Of a stretch of 64,000 bases of DNA, positions 1-12,531 are shown piece after piece. Source of the DNA: Dipteris shenzhenensis (taxonomy: Eukaryota). The notes below the pieces were generated by a model. That model was not told the origin of the DNA and did not search any database. It was given only the letters and a program-made list of their open reading frames with translations. The first letter of the stretch is position 1, and every line of letters begins with the position of its first letter. The position numbers and the translations under genes are program-made. The stretch lies in assembly GCA_047967505.1 (NCBI GenBank), contig CM106538.1; one strand, 5' to 3'.

Positions 1-482
1 GGCAGATAATACACCAAATCTAGTTCAAGGGACAAGCATTCTCCCTATGAACAATTTCACTAGTACAAAAGGATTAGTGAAAGATGTACTCTATGCACTG
101 AACTCAGCAAGGACCTATTGTCAGTATGTCAAATGATGGAACACAACTACCGAGTCATCTTTGACGGAGATGAATGCACTATCATAGACAAATGCAAAAG
201 ATTGTAGGAAAAGGAGGACACTTGTATAGAATGCTAGCTACACTACCAAATTTGCATACCATGTCAGCTCAACCACAACAGATGCCACTATCTGCGAAAT
301 GGCACAAAAGACTTGCTAGATCTCAGGAATCAAAATATGGAAATCAAGAATCCTATGCTCCAATTTCTTGGAAAAGTTTGCAAAGCATACTGCTTCAGCA
401 AACAAAAGCAAACCAACTTTGGCAAAAGCACCTCTTGAGCATGAGGTATTCTTGATTTAAAACATACAAATGTATGGGGTTA
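1..482 (+). pseudogene. Degenerate Ty1/copia fragment (protease to GAG-pre-integrase region), family A
   Basis: Inverted paralog of ~5800-6312 (e.g. gcagataatacacc..ttcaagggac..cctatgaacaatttca..tacaaaaggattagtgaaagatgt); contains frameshifts and stops. Confidence 0.85.
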
Positions 483-741
483 TGTGACAAAATATGAAGA
501 GGGGAGAGGAGAAGAGTGGATATGAGGAGAGAGGGCATAGCTAGAGAGCACACCACAAATGACTAACTGTACACTAAATTTAGTTGAAAAAATAGAATAT
601 ATATAAACCCATTTAGGGTTAGGGTTAGGGGATCTAACCCTTTCCTTTATAGCACTCTATAAGGTTAGTGCTATGCACATATGATCGCATGATGGTGCTA
701 TGCACACGTGATCACATGATGTTGAGCGTGAACTCTCAACA
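483..741 (-). repeat. 3' LTR of copia A
   Basis: On the minus strand it starts TGTTGAGAG directly after the purine tract GAGGGAAGG and ends TTTTGTCACA. Homologous copies lie at 20581-20970 (+). The left boundary is uncertain by about 2 bp. Confidence 0.8.
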
Positions 742-769
742 CCTTCCCTCAAGATCAACATCATGAAGT

Positions 770-1990
770 AGGCCTTCCCTCAAGATGATGATTTTGGGGA
801 ATCAAAGAAGAACTGAGCATTACATTCCATCACATGAAAAATGCATATTCCTGTGTTAATCTCCTAGTCTCATGATCTCCAACATAGTCACTGTCATAGT
901 ATCCATGCAACCGTGGATGACTTCCTCTGTATTCTATCCCAAACTGTCTTGTACCTCTGATGTATCTCAAGACTCTTTTGGCTGCATTCCAGTGAGACTG
1001 TTTTGGATTTGCCATAAACTGTGCTAGTGAGCTTACTGCATAACAAATATCTGGCCGTATGATTGTCAAATATATAAGAGATCCAATGAGTTGCATGTAG
1101 TATCTATCATTGACTGTAGGCTTTTCTGAATCTTTAGTAAGTTTCAAACTCTGTTCCATGGGAGTGGCTACCATCTACAAATCTGCCATATGAAACTTCA
1201 TTAGGAGACTGTCAACATACTTGAGCTGACTCATGAATGTGCTATCTGAATCTCTCCACAACTCAATTCCAAGACAATAGTGCATAAGTCCAAGACCTTT
1301 AATGTCGAACTCTATAGATTAGTCTTGTTTCAATTTTTTGATGAAGCTATCCTTGCTTCCTGTCACAATCAGATCATCTACGTACAAAAGTGAAATAGTA
1401 ATGTCTTCCCCTTGAACTTTGTACTAGAGAGTATGATCTACATTGGACTTCATGTATCCTAGATTAGCAAAATACTTGTCAATTCTGCTGTACCAACTTC
1501 AGGGTGCTTGCTTTGAGCCGTAGAGACTTTTCTTGAGATGCTTTGTATCTTTGAATACTGCCATCTGGATTGCACTTCACTTTGTATACCCATTTGTTTG
1601 CTATGGCCTTCTTTCCTGGTGGAAGGTCACATAATTCCCAAGTATTATTCTTATACAAAGCATCCATTTCTTCATTCATAGCAGTTTGCCATTCTGGCTT
1701 ATCTACTACATCTTCGAAGTACACTGGCTCGTCTGTAGCCATGATGGTAGTCATAAGAGCATAGTTGGTGGTTTCCACCTGAATTGCTTTGCCTTTTTGA
1801 GCATATCTCAATCTAGCTGGAGGTCTGCTTTCCCTAGTAGACTGTCTGAGCTGCTATGGCTCTGCTTGGGGTGTTGCTGGCAATTCTTACTCTTCTTCAT
1901 CAACCTGTTCTGTACATGACTGTGAAGTCGATGCTTCTATCTCCTATGTAGGTGAGGTTTTCCATTCTAATTCCTCATCAAAGATTACAT
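770..1990 (-). pseudogene. Copia A reverse transcriptase / RNase H remnants
   Basis: ORFs 1479-1811 (NNTWELCDLPPGKKAIANKWVYKVK..RYKA) and 830-1174 (IGSLIYLTIIRPDICYAVS..HWNAAKRVLRY); part of RT is deleted. Confidence 0.9.
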
Positions 1991-2378
1991 TGAGAAAACA
2001 TGTGTACCTCAGGATCTGTGGAGCGCTCTAGGGTGGATGAAACCTATGTGGAAACATGATGAAGAGAGTGTTCATTACATGTACCTCAAGTCAATTAGGT
2101 TCCAAGATAGATTAGCTTCGAGTCATAAATAGAATCTTGAGTGAGTGCATTTCTCTTCTCAATGTGTATTCAACAATACATGGTAGGACTCTTATATAGA
2201 GAGTGACCTTTGAATAGTCAACACATGTGGGATCTTCTGATCTAGATCTCTCCTTGTGGATATCCTCAATCCACATCTCCACATCATGTAGTCCAAATCC
2301 TAGGGTGGCTGCTTTGATTCTTTCCTATACCATACCTTAGCCTCTAATTATGTGCTCATGGCACCACAACTCTCAATA
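1991..2378 (-). repeat. 3' LTR of element B
   Basis: Direct repeat of 4782-5169, about 15 substitutions counted by eye. Confidence 0.95.
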
Positions 2379-4769
2379 CCTCCCTTTGGTGCCATGATCC
2401 TTTGGCTACTGCAAGGTGGCCATATGTGAGTTACAAATGCATCACCTCCCCTTAGTGCATGCATTGCTACTTAAGGTGGTCAAGTTTGGTTTACATGTCA
2501 ATACCTTTCCTGGGTGCTTTCATAGCTACTCTCAGGTGGTCAGGCTTGATTTACAAAACATGTGGGTTGAAGGTGGCAAGGATTTTGCTTTTCAATGCTT
2601 CATGTCGATGGCATTCGCTTCTTCGCTTGACATAGCTTGATGCATGATGCTTTGTTCTTCCATGTGCCTTAATGCTTTATGTGTGGATGCCATGTTCTAT
2701 GCTATGGTCATCTCATGCACTTGTGCTTTCGGCATGCTTTTGGCGTTCATGTGTTGATTTGTCATTTGTTGCAAAGGTCTTACCAATTGATTTCTTTCAA
2801 TATTCGTAGTGTCTAATTGCTAACAATGATTCTGATCTGACAGGCACGTAGAGCTCGAAAAGACGATCACTTTTCCTTTTAGAGCATGTGCAAATTCCTC
2901 CTAGATTGCAAGTTACTCCTTGTCGAAGTTTTTGTGAAGAAGAGGGGGCCTTGATGACGTGGCTTGGCGTTCACATGTTGCTTACAAGCTGTGCTGGGCA
3001 AGGGGTGACTGTGCTGAGGTGGCACTTGGTGATGTGGTAGTTAACCAATCTTGAACCTAAACTTAACCATGGTTTAGTGTAGGTTGCTTGACCAATGACC
3101 AAACCCAGGGTGGCCTGACTCAACCATGATCCAACCCTATCTACCAATGACCACACCTTGGCTAACCAAGGTTAACTGTACTTAGCCAAGGTAAAGACTT
3201 ATCCTACCACATGTCAATCTTAGGCAACCTTGGAGAAAACCTTTGAAAAGAGTTTGCAACAGAGATGTGAAAATATCTGTGACCTCCGTGAAGAGGATGA
3301 GTTGTGAAGACCTCACATTGAAAGCCTTTAACATATGGCTAGTTGGAGCACAGTAGCTATCGTGTGCATGTGGAGGCAAGTTTGCTGGTGTGGGTCCTGC
3401 CCATTTGGAGAAGTAAGAGCCGGTCGCTTTAGAGTTGTGAGGGAGCTCTATGGAGGTTGATAGGAGCTCGCGGGAGCTTGGAGCACGTTTTGGAGATGCC
3501 GATGGCACAGCTATAGATCTGCAGAGCTCATGGAGAGGCTGTTGCTGTCGTTGGAGATTAGGAGCCAATTGAGCGTGGGCTGGCGTCATTTGGAGAAGGC
3601 TCGTTGGCTGTGGTAGAAGTAAGGGTTTACCGCACAAGGCTTGTTGGTCTGTGGATGCCGCAACTGAGCTACTGCTCTGTGAGCCAGGAGTCACTGGGCT
3701 TGTAGCATATGGAGGCATCGGGTTGGCTTTTAGAGGTGCAAGAGCGGTGGTCATTGTTGCAGCTGGAGCATGACCTCCGTTTGGTTGACTGGAGCTTCTA
3801 TGTGTCGACGGTGGCTTGGTCTTAGTGTGGACATTTGTTGATATGTGGTCTACGCAAGAGAGGGAGCAGCCCGTAGGTGCTGAGAATAGTCTATTTGCTA
3901 CGTTTAATGGCTAGCTCAGACTAAGCCAGTGAATGCTAGGGCAAAGCATCTTGAGTTCTGCACAGCCCGTAGGGAGTCGTTGCTTTGCATGAGCTCATTG
4001 TTTGCTGAAGGTGATTGATGGCATTGGAGTAGTGGTGGCGAGGGCATTGTTTGTCAAGATTCGACTGTGGTAATTACGCTTGGGTGAGTCTTGTAGGAGA
4101 CTTTGGACGAGCTGCTAGAGTAGGTGCTATAGGAGGAGCCGTTACTCACGTAGGTTCTTTTGCTTTTGGAGCTATTGTCTGCTGCATTCCCATTTGTGGA
4201 TGCTTAGGCTGAGGAAGCGACTAGGCTGCAGATATGGAGCTATGGGGCGGCACACATTGGGAGCCAGATATGGCAGTTGAGCCTGGGAGTAGAAGTTGGA
4301 AGGCTTTGTGGTGGCCACCCATGTTATTTGGAGGTTGGCATGTCAAGACAGAGCTTGCAAAGATATCTTCTTGGCTAGCTGATGGGCTTGCACAGATAGC
4401 GCTTGGTGGCTTCAAGGCTAGAAGCCGTGGCTGGTCGACTAATTGATTTGGAGCACTGGGGATGACAATAGATAGGAAAATTTTCTCAAAGCTCTCAACA
4501 AACTGAACAATTAGAGACTCTCTTTCTCACAATCTCTCTTTAAGAAGAAGAAGAAGAACAACTCCTCATAGATCTATCTCACAAAATAGATGTATAAAAG
4601 AAATGAACTCTCTCTCTCTCTTATCAAGAATGACAGAAATATCTCAAAGCAGTGAACAGAATTTTCATTCAATGGATGGAATTCTCTCAATCTAAAAACT
4701 AAAACTAACCTAGGAGAAAGCATGTGCTCCTAAGGCAAGCCTACAACTAATCTAGGAGACTAGACCTAA

Positions 4770-4781
4770 GCTCTGATACCA
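4770..4781 (-). promoter_or_regulatory. Primer-binding site (tRNA-iMet) of element B
   Basis: TGGTATCAGAGC on the minus strand, abutting the LTR end. Confidence 0.9.
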
Positions 4782-5169
4782 TGAGAAAACATGTGTACCT
4801 CAGGATCTGTGGAGCGCTCTAAGGTGGATGAAACTTGTGTGGAAACATGATGAAGAGAGTGCTCATGACATGTACCTCAAGTCAATTAGGTTCCAAGATA
4901 GATTAGCTTGGACTCATAAATAGAATCTTGAGTGAATGCATTTCTCTTCTCAATGTGTATTCAACAATACATGGTAGGCCTCTTATATAGAGAGTGACCT
5001 TTGAATAGTCAACACATGTGGGACCTTCCGATCCACATCTCTCCTTGTGGATATCCTCAATCCACATCTCCACATCATGTAGTCCACATCCTAGGGTGGC
5101 TACTTTGATTCTTTCCTATACCATACCTTAGCCTCTAATTATGTGCTCATGGCACCACAACTCTCAATA
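4782..5169 (-). repeat. 5' LTR of element B
   Basis: Direct repeat of 1991-2378, followed by the PBS on the minus strand. Confidence 0.95.
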
Positions 5170-7630
5170 TACATCTTTGGAGATAATGACCTTGCAATTG
5201 ATGGGATCATACAATTTATATGCTTTGCTTTCTCACTGTAGCCAACCATGATGCATTTGCGTGACTTCGCATCCAATTTTTTGCGATGATCATCATGTAT
5301 GTGGGCATATGCTATGCAACCAAATATGTGGAGATGCCCAATGTGTGGCTTGTGTCCAGTGAATGCTTCATAAGGAGTCATACCATGTATCAGTTCTGAT
5401 TAAGCAAGTAGTTTGCTATAGCTATTGCTTCTGCCCAATACTGATTCAAAAGATGCTTTTCACTAAGCATTGCCCTAGCATTGTCTGCTAAAGTCCCATT
5501 CTTCCTTGCAGCTCTTGCATTCTGTTGAGTAGTATTTGCATATGTGAATTGTCTTCATATGCCGTGACTTCTGCAAAAGTTCATGAATGCTGAAGACATG
5601 TATTCACCTCCTCTATTTGATCTCATGACCTTGATCTTTCTGCCTATCTGGTTTTCTACCATGGCTTTGAATTCTTGAAATCTGGAAAACACTTCAGATT
5701 TCTCTTTCAGAAAGTAGATCCAACAATATCTACTGTAGTAGTCGATGAAAGTCAAGTAGTAAAGTGAACCATTGATGCTGTGGGTCTAAGCATAACCCCA
5801 TAGATCTGTATGAATTAAATCAAGAATACCTCATGCACGAGAGGTACTTCTGCCAAAGTTGGTTCGCTTTTGTTTGCCAAAGCAGCATACTTCATAAACT
5901 TTTCCAAGAAACTATAGCTTCTGAATCCCAATTGCCATATTCTGATTCCTGAGATCTAACAAGTACTTGAGATTAACATGACCATATCTCTTGTGCCATT
6001 TTGTAGATAGTGGCATCTATTGCGGTTGAGCTAACATGGCATGCTTATCTGGTACTGTAGCTAGCATTCTGTATAAGCGTCCTTCCTTGACACCTTTTGC
6101 TACTACTGACATCTTTTGGATTTATCTCTGATAGTGCATTCATCACCGTCGAAGATGACTCGATAATTGTGTTCCGTCATTTGACCTACTGACAAGAGGT
6201 TCTTTTTGAGCTTCAGAACATAGAGCACATCTTTCACTAATCCTTTTGTACCAATGAAATTGTTCATAGGGATAACACCTGTCCCTTGAACCGGATTCGG
6301 TGTATTATCTGCTGTGTAGATGACATTTTTTTGACCTTCTAGTGGCTTCATTTCTGTGAACCATTCCTGATGATTTGTCATGTGAGATGATGCACCACTA
6401 TTGATGTACCAATGATCTTGTTCCACTTGGTCGACTTGATAGCTGAAATCCTCTTTGGGATTGTAATCAGTGTCTGGGTACACTTGTCTGGGTACACTGT
6501 ATCAGTCTGATGCATTTCCTCACTTGCAAGAAACATATTACCATGTTCATTTGCAAAATGATTGCGACTAGAATGTCCATCATGATGCTTTCCTCTGCCT
6601 CAAAAATTCCCTCGATTACTGCTGTGGATTGACCGCCTTGGTCGTATTGCTTCTTGCGGAAATCTCTTTCATAGTGTCCAAACTTGTGACAATAGTTGTA
6701 CTGAATGTTTGACACATTGGTGGATGCATTCCCTCGTCCTTGAAATCTTCCTTGGTTGGAATGATTTTCTCTTTGCTGATTCTGATGTTGCTAAGGATGA
6801 TGTTGATGCTAATGCTGATGTTGACTTTGATTTTGTTGCTGATGATGACCACTTCTCTGATATGATCTACCTCTGCCTCTGCCTCTGCCTCTGCTTCTGT
6901 GTGAAGCTATGAAAGCTTGATCATTAGAATGACCTTTTCGTGCTTGAATTGCATGAGTCCTAAGTTCTTCACCAAGTAGGACTGCTGACTAAAGTTCTTC
7001 CAGTGTCAAAATTTGCCATTGAATGGCAATACTCTAGACTAGATTCTTGTATCCCTCTCCTAGTCTACTCAGGATTACTTGAACCATTTCTGTGAGGTTC
7101 ATAGTCTCTCCTGCTGCTGCAAGTTGATTGTTGTAGTCTTTTATGCAGAGTACATAAGCATGACCGGTTTTACTACTGTTGCAAAAACTCTGGTTGATTT
7201 AGTTTCTCAGTATGAGAATTCTAGATGTGTTCTTGTACTCGTAGAGAGCTGCAAACATATCCCATGCTTCTTTCAATGTCTTGACTGTGTTGAGCTGTCC
7301 TAGCATGACATCTTGCACATTCTGCTTGATCAGATGATAGGCGTACTTGTCTTTCTTATCCCATTCTGCCTGAGCTCGGGCAATGGCAAGATCTGCTATT
7401 AGTGTGAAAACTGTTTGTGTAGTTGTAGATCTCGTTGCCGGTGTTGTGACAACAGGTGGAGTAGAGCTACTGGTGGCCGGATCGTCCAATGGTCTAGGTG
7501 TAGACCCATTGACATACTCCCATTTGTCTTGAAGTACAAGAATGGTCTCCATTTGGTATTTCCATGTACCGTAATTGGAGTTGTCTAACTTAGCAAATGC
7601 CTCCAGATTGAGGTTGCTAGTCGTAGACAT
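5170..7630 (-). pseudogene. Copia A gag-protease-integrase (fragmented)
   Basis: 7199-7630 (KLDNSNYGTWKYQM, copia gag N-terminus), 6103-6483 (WYINSGASSHMT, protease), 5555-5755 (FIDYYSRYCWIYFLKEKSEVF, integrase core), 5139-5381 (FGCIAYAHI..KKLD). Confidence 0.92.
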
Positions 7631-8865
7631 GGTGCAAGAAATGTACTCAAAAGTGTCATGAAAATCTCTGTATGAATCAACAGCAAATACACTGACTGTG
7701 CCAAGTAAAATCTTTGAACCGTCGGTGAAGATAGAACTACAATATATAAAATCTGATCTGTATTACAAGGCTTGTGGCAATGATGCTGGGAATAGCCAAG
7801 AGGCTTTACAAGGCTGAAATGATGTGCACAATGCCGTGAGATAGCCAAATAGGCTCTACAATGGTGGCATGTGTGTGTGAAATTAAGTGCTATCTACCCA
7901 CTGAAACAATCTGCAATGTCTCTGTACTCTCTGAAGTTTGCTCACTGAACGATGAATGTAAGGTTTCAGGTAATGTAATGATGTGAAACCGTATGTGAGC
8001 ATATGGACTGACTCCGAGTAGGTACTAGTCAAAGAATTTTGGGCATGGCTTAGATTGGCAACTTGGGGAAATTCAAAGCATCCCCTTTATGGCGATCTAG
8101 TCTACTCTGATCTAGATCTATATCAATCTTCGATCGATGAAAGAACATCAAATAATTCCTTTCTTTTGTTCTTTTTAAGTGCTGGGTCAAATGCGTCAAT
8201 GTAGAGGCAAATGTGCGTGAAGGAAGTGGTTTTGTGTGGCAAGGCTCAAATGTGAGTGTAACTTGCACCGAAATGTACACATGATGTGACAAGCACGTAG
8301 AGCACAAAAAATCAAGTGACTTTCCTTTTTGGAGCGCCCTCAAATTCTTCCTGGATCAAGAGATACGACTTGATCTAGGTGGAGGGGCAAAAGGAGTGCA
8401 ATGGTGCTCAATGATGATGTGTCACTATGGGTCACATGCAATGATGACGTGGCATTGTGCCTAGCAAGAGGTGTGCCAGTGGAGCCCTATGCTGAGGTAG
8501 TAGGAGTGGTCACATATAGTGACTGTGGAGCACTATGTGTGCCTGCAGAGGTCCAGTGTGCCACGTCGCACAAATGGTGTGGTAGATGATGATGTCAGTA
8601 AAGGTGATGTGGCACTAGTGATGTGGCTATGTTGATGTGGCAATTAACATGGCAATGTTGACATGGCAGTTGTGACATGGCAGTGATGTTGATGTGGTAG
8701 ATAGAGTGCCACATGGTTGGTCACAAGCACACACACATATTTAAATATGCCTTTTACCTTGGTCAAATTTATCCATAACAGTTCCCCCCCCAGGCAAGGA
8801 ATGCACAGCATGTCCATGCCTGGGACCATCACGCACAAAGAAGGGCTTGAGATAATGCTTGTTGA

Positions 8866-11800
8866 TCACCTTCTTGCCATATGGCTCATGTAGACTTGTA
8901 TGGACCCATTGCTATGTTCCTTGATGACTTTGTATGGACGGGTCCACAATGGAAGGAACTTTTTATACATTTGGTGGTCCAATCTGTTATCAAAGCATAG
9001 CACAACATCCCCCTCAGCAAAGTGTCTTTCCCATCTCTTGCGAATCTTAGCATCCAAGTGGGCCTTTTGTTGGTTCTTTTGGATCTCTGTTTGATGTAGT
9101 GCAAGGTGTCGGGTTTCATCTAACTTCTCAAGTTGTACCAACCTGGCCTCTACATGTTCATCTTCTGTCATCCTCTATTCTCGTGCCAACAATCTCAAGG
9201 CCGGAATCTCTATCTCTAGTGGTAAAACTACCTCAGTACCGTACACCAACTCAAAAGGAGTGTGGCATGTAAACATTTTATGGGTGATGTTGTAAGCCCA
9301 CACGGCTTCAGTGACCTTTTGATCCCACTGGCTCCTATTCCTTGTGGCCATTTTCCCATGGATTTACAAAGGAGGCCGTTGGTCCGCTCCGTTTGTCCCA
9401 TGGATGCTGGATAATAGATGCTAGAAGTGCGATGATCAATACCCATGCAATCCATGAGCAACTCCACTGCTTCATTTAAGAATGGACTCCCATGGTCAGA
9501 TACTATTTCCATGGGTGTCCCAAACCTTGTGCAGATACGTTCAAATATGAAATTTGAAACTGCCTTACCATTTGCAGTGGGGAGGGCAATAGCTTCAGCC
9601 CACTTAGTGACATACTGAGTGGCTACCAAAAGATGCTTCTTTTTGCGGGTAGTCATGGGCAGGGGCCCAACAAAATCTATTCCCCACTTCTGAAATGGAT
9701 GGATGGACATCACTGGATGATTTTGCCCAGGACACAAATCCTTCCTACCAAAGAATTGACATGATTCATAAGTTTTGCAATACATAGTGACATCCTTGAA
9801 CAAGGTCGGCCAATAGTACCTAGCTGTATAGTCACTGGCATAATGGCCTCCACAAAATCCATCATGATAACGCTTCAATACCTTAGGTACTTCATCTGCA
9901 TCAATGGCCCATCTTAGTACCTCATCCATGCCTTGACAGTACAACACCCCATCAAAGAGAGTGTAGCACCTACTATCTCTACGGATCCTCTTTCTCTCAT
10001 AGCTAGTACTTTCTAGAGGAAAGGAGAAAGCGGTTAGAAATCTGTAGATACCACCATACCATGATCCCCAACTTCTATGGCTACTACAAGGGTTACATCG
10101 AGGCACTCCTCTAAATTCTTCTTAGCTGTATAGTCACTGGCATAATGTCCTCCACAAAATCCATCATGATAAAATTTCAATACCTTAGGTAATTCATCTG
10201 CATCAATGGCCCATCTTAGTACCTCATCCATGCCTTGACAGTACAACACCCCATCAAAGAGAGTGTAGTGCCTACTATCTCTACGGATCCTCTTTCTCTC
10301 ATAGCTAGTACTTTCTAGAGGAAAGGAGAAAGCGGTTAGAAATCTGTAGATACCACCATACCAGGATCCCCAACTTCTATGGCTACTACAAGGGTTACAT
10401 TGAGGCACTCCTCTAAATCAATCAAAGCATTCTTCAAGTTGGAACAACCCCCTTTTACAATTTTGAAAGAAAAATCATATTTTTATAAAACTGCCAATCG
10501 TTTGGCCAACCGGCCCATGGGATTTGGTGATTGAAGAACCTGTTTTGCAAGACCATTGCTAGAGATTATAATGAAGGACTTTCCAGCCACATAATGCTTA
10601 AATTTCTCAATGCAGAACACCAAAGACAAGGCATGCTTGTTAACCTCAGAGTAGCGTCATTCAGTTTCAAGCAATTGTCGAGAAGCAAATCGGACGGGAT
10701 ACATGAACTGATCCTCCCCTTGCTGGAGAAGAATACCCACCAAAGTGTGCTCACCAAACCCAGGATTAATATAGAAAGTCTTTGACCAATCAGGATTGCA
10801 TGGAATGGGTTCTGAAGCTAGAGCACTCTTGATTTGTACAAACCCATGATCACAATCCTCATCCCAAGAGAAATCAACCCCATCTTTTAATAACGTAGTC
10901 ATGGGTCACGTCAAAGTAGCATATTGATCAATGAAGCGGCGATAGTATCCTGCTAGATTGACAAAGGAGCATACCTGACGTTTCATTGTTGGTGGGGAGA
11001 GCTTGAGGATAGCTTCTACCTTCTTGGGGTCAGGCTTGACGCCCTTGAATGAGACAATATGTCCCAGTAACCTCCCTTGAGTGGTTTCAATGGTGCATTT
11101 TTCAGGGTTGAGGCTACCATTTGCATCATTGACCCTTTGGAAGGCCAACCTAACCTTCATGACGTGCTCCTTCCATGCTGAGAATATATAGAAATCATCT
11201 AAAAACACGTCCAAGAAAACCCCCAAATAAGGAGCAAACACCATCTGCATAAATCTTTGAAAGGTAGCATGAACATTGGTGAGGCCAAATGGCATTACTT
11301 TGAATGCAAACATCCCCCAGGCTGTGGCAAATGTGGTTTTAAGCACATCCTCCTCGGCAATTCTAATTTGATAAAACTTGAAGTTACCATCACAGAAAGT
11401 ATACATCTCATGACCACTTATCTTCTCAAGAATGAGGTCTTGAAAGGGTAGAGGATGATGGTTCCTCTTGGTGGCCGCATTGAGTTTCTTATAATTGATG
11501 CAGACTCGCCACTTGTTGTTTTTCTTTGGGGTGACTACCACTGGTGAAACCCATTCAGTATTGTGAACTGGGATAATAAACCCAACTTCTACAAGCTTCC
11601 GTAACTCTGAGTGCAAAGCGTCACTCTGTAGGGTCCCTAACCTCCGATATTTTGGAGCCACTAGCTTAGCATCAAGCTTCAGCTCTATCTTGTGTTTTAT
11701 GGCAGTCACATGGCGAAGGTGGTGGTAGCTAGTTGCGAAGAGGTTAGGGAAAACTTTGAACATTTCTAGGAACTCGTCTTCCTTGCTTGGAGTGAGGTTT

Positions 11801-12500
11801 GGGGAGAGCATAGATTCAAGCTGTTGAGGACTATCTGTTACCTTTTTCACAGGTGGTGGGGTTGGAGACACCCCCATCATGTAAACTTCTTCCTCCGAGA
11901 ACTCCTCCCCCCCATCCGAATCTTCCATTGATTCAGACACCGAGGATGAGAGAGTATCACTATCCTGCTCCTCTTCTTCTTTTGGTTCAGTGGCACCTCG
12001 TTGCATTGGGATCTTCTCCTTTGAAGCACCAAAAGACATGTGTCCTATCTTCCAATAGCTGACTGCATCACTCTTTCTCAACCACGGTCTCCTGAGTATG
12101 GCTGGGTAACTCTTGCTTGTATCTTCAATGTCCACTACATAGAAATTGATGGTGGTGGTCAACCCATTGACAGTGATGGGTAAATCCTCAATGACTCCTA
12201 GGGTGGCGAGTCGTCAATCATCTGCTACCTTGATTCAAGTGGAGGAGCGCCTTGTGCATTTCAAATTCAACTTCTTCATGATACAAGGCACCATGATATT
12301 ACATGCAACTCCCCCATCAACACACACACTTCTGACACAGCAATTATCTATGATGACGTCTACTATATGCGGGTGCCGATTTACTTCTTCAGAGATAGAA
12401 GAAATCTCTCATACCTTTCCCTTTTTCTTGTTCCTTTTTGTTGAGAGCCCTTGCTGCAGCTCACGTCTCACCTTAGGGCTTAATGCTATTAGTTGAGGAA
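8866..12500 (-). pseudogene. Element C pol (PR-RT-RH-INT, no aRH), fragmented
   Basis: 10906-12162 RT (WVSPVVVTPKK, MPFGLTN, FLDDF), 10657-10902 RH (FYINPG..VGILLQ), 9228-10106 INT (WGIDFVGPLP, SDHG), 8866-9171 INT C-terminus. Confidence 0.92.
9821..10419. repeat. 302-bp tandem duplication in the integrase N-terminal region of C
   Basis: ORFs 9228-10106 and 10034-10408 begin with near-identical ~95-aa sequences offset by 302 nt. Confidence 0.93.
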
Positions 12501-12531
12501 GCGTGATGCTCAAAGACCAATGAGCAAGGTC

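Larger units (their letters stand above)
1991..5169 (-). mobile_element. Non-autonomous LTR retroelement B (3.2 kb, no recognisable gag/pol)
   Basis: 388-bp LTRs at 1991-2378 and 4782-5169. TSD TACAT at 1986-1990 and 5170-5174. iMet PBS and a PPT (AAAGGGAGG on minus). Removing it restores the host motif SKDVIFDEE. Confidence 0.92.
483..7630 (-). mobile_element. Ty1/copia element A (degenerate, 5' LTR not found), interrupted by element B
   Basis: gag, PR, INT, RT and RH fragments in copia order on the minus strand, followed by a PPT and a TG..CA LTR at 483-741. Confidence 0.9.

Noticed and set aside
601-640. True telomere or chromosome end
   Set aside because: Only three units, embedded in an LTR and repeated in its paralogs.
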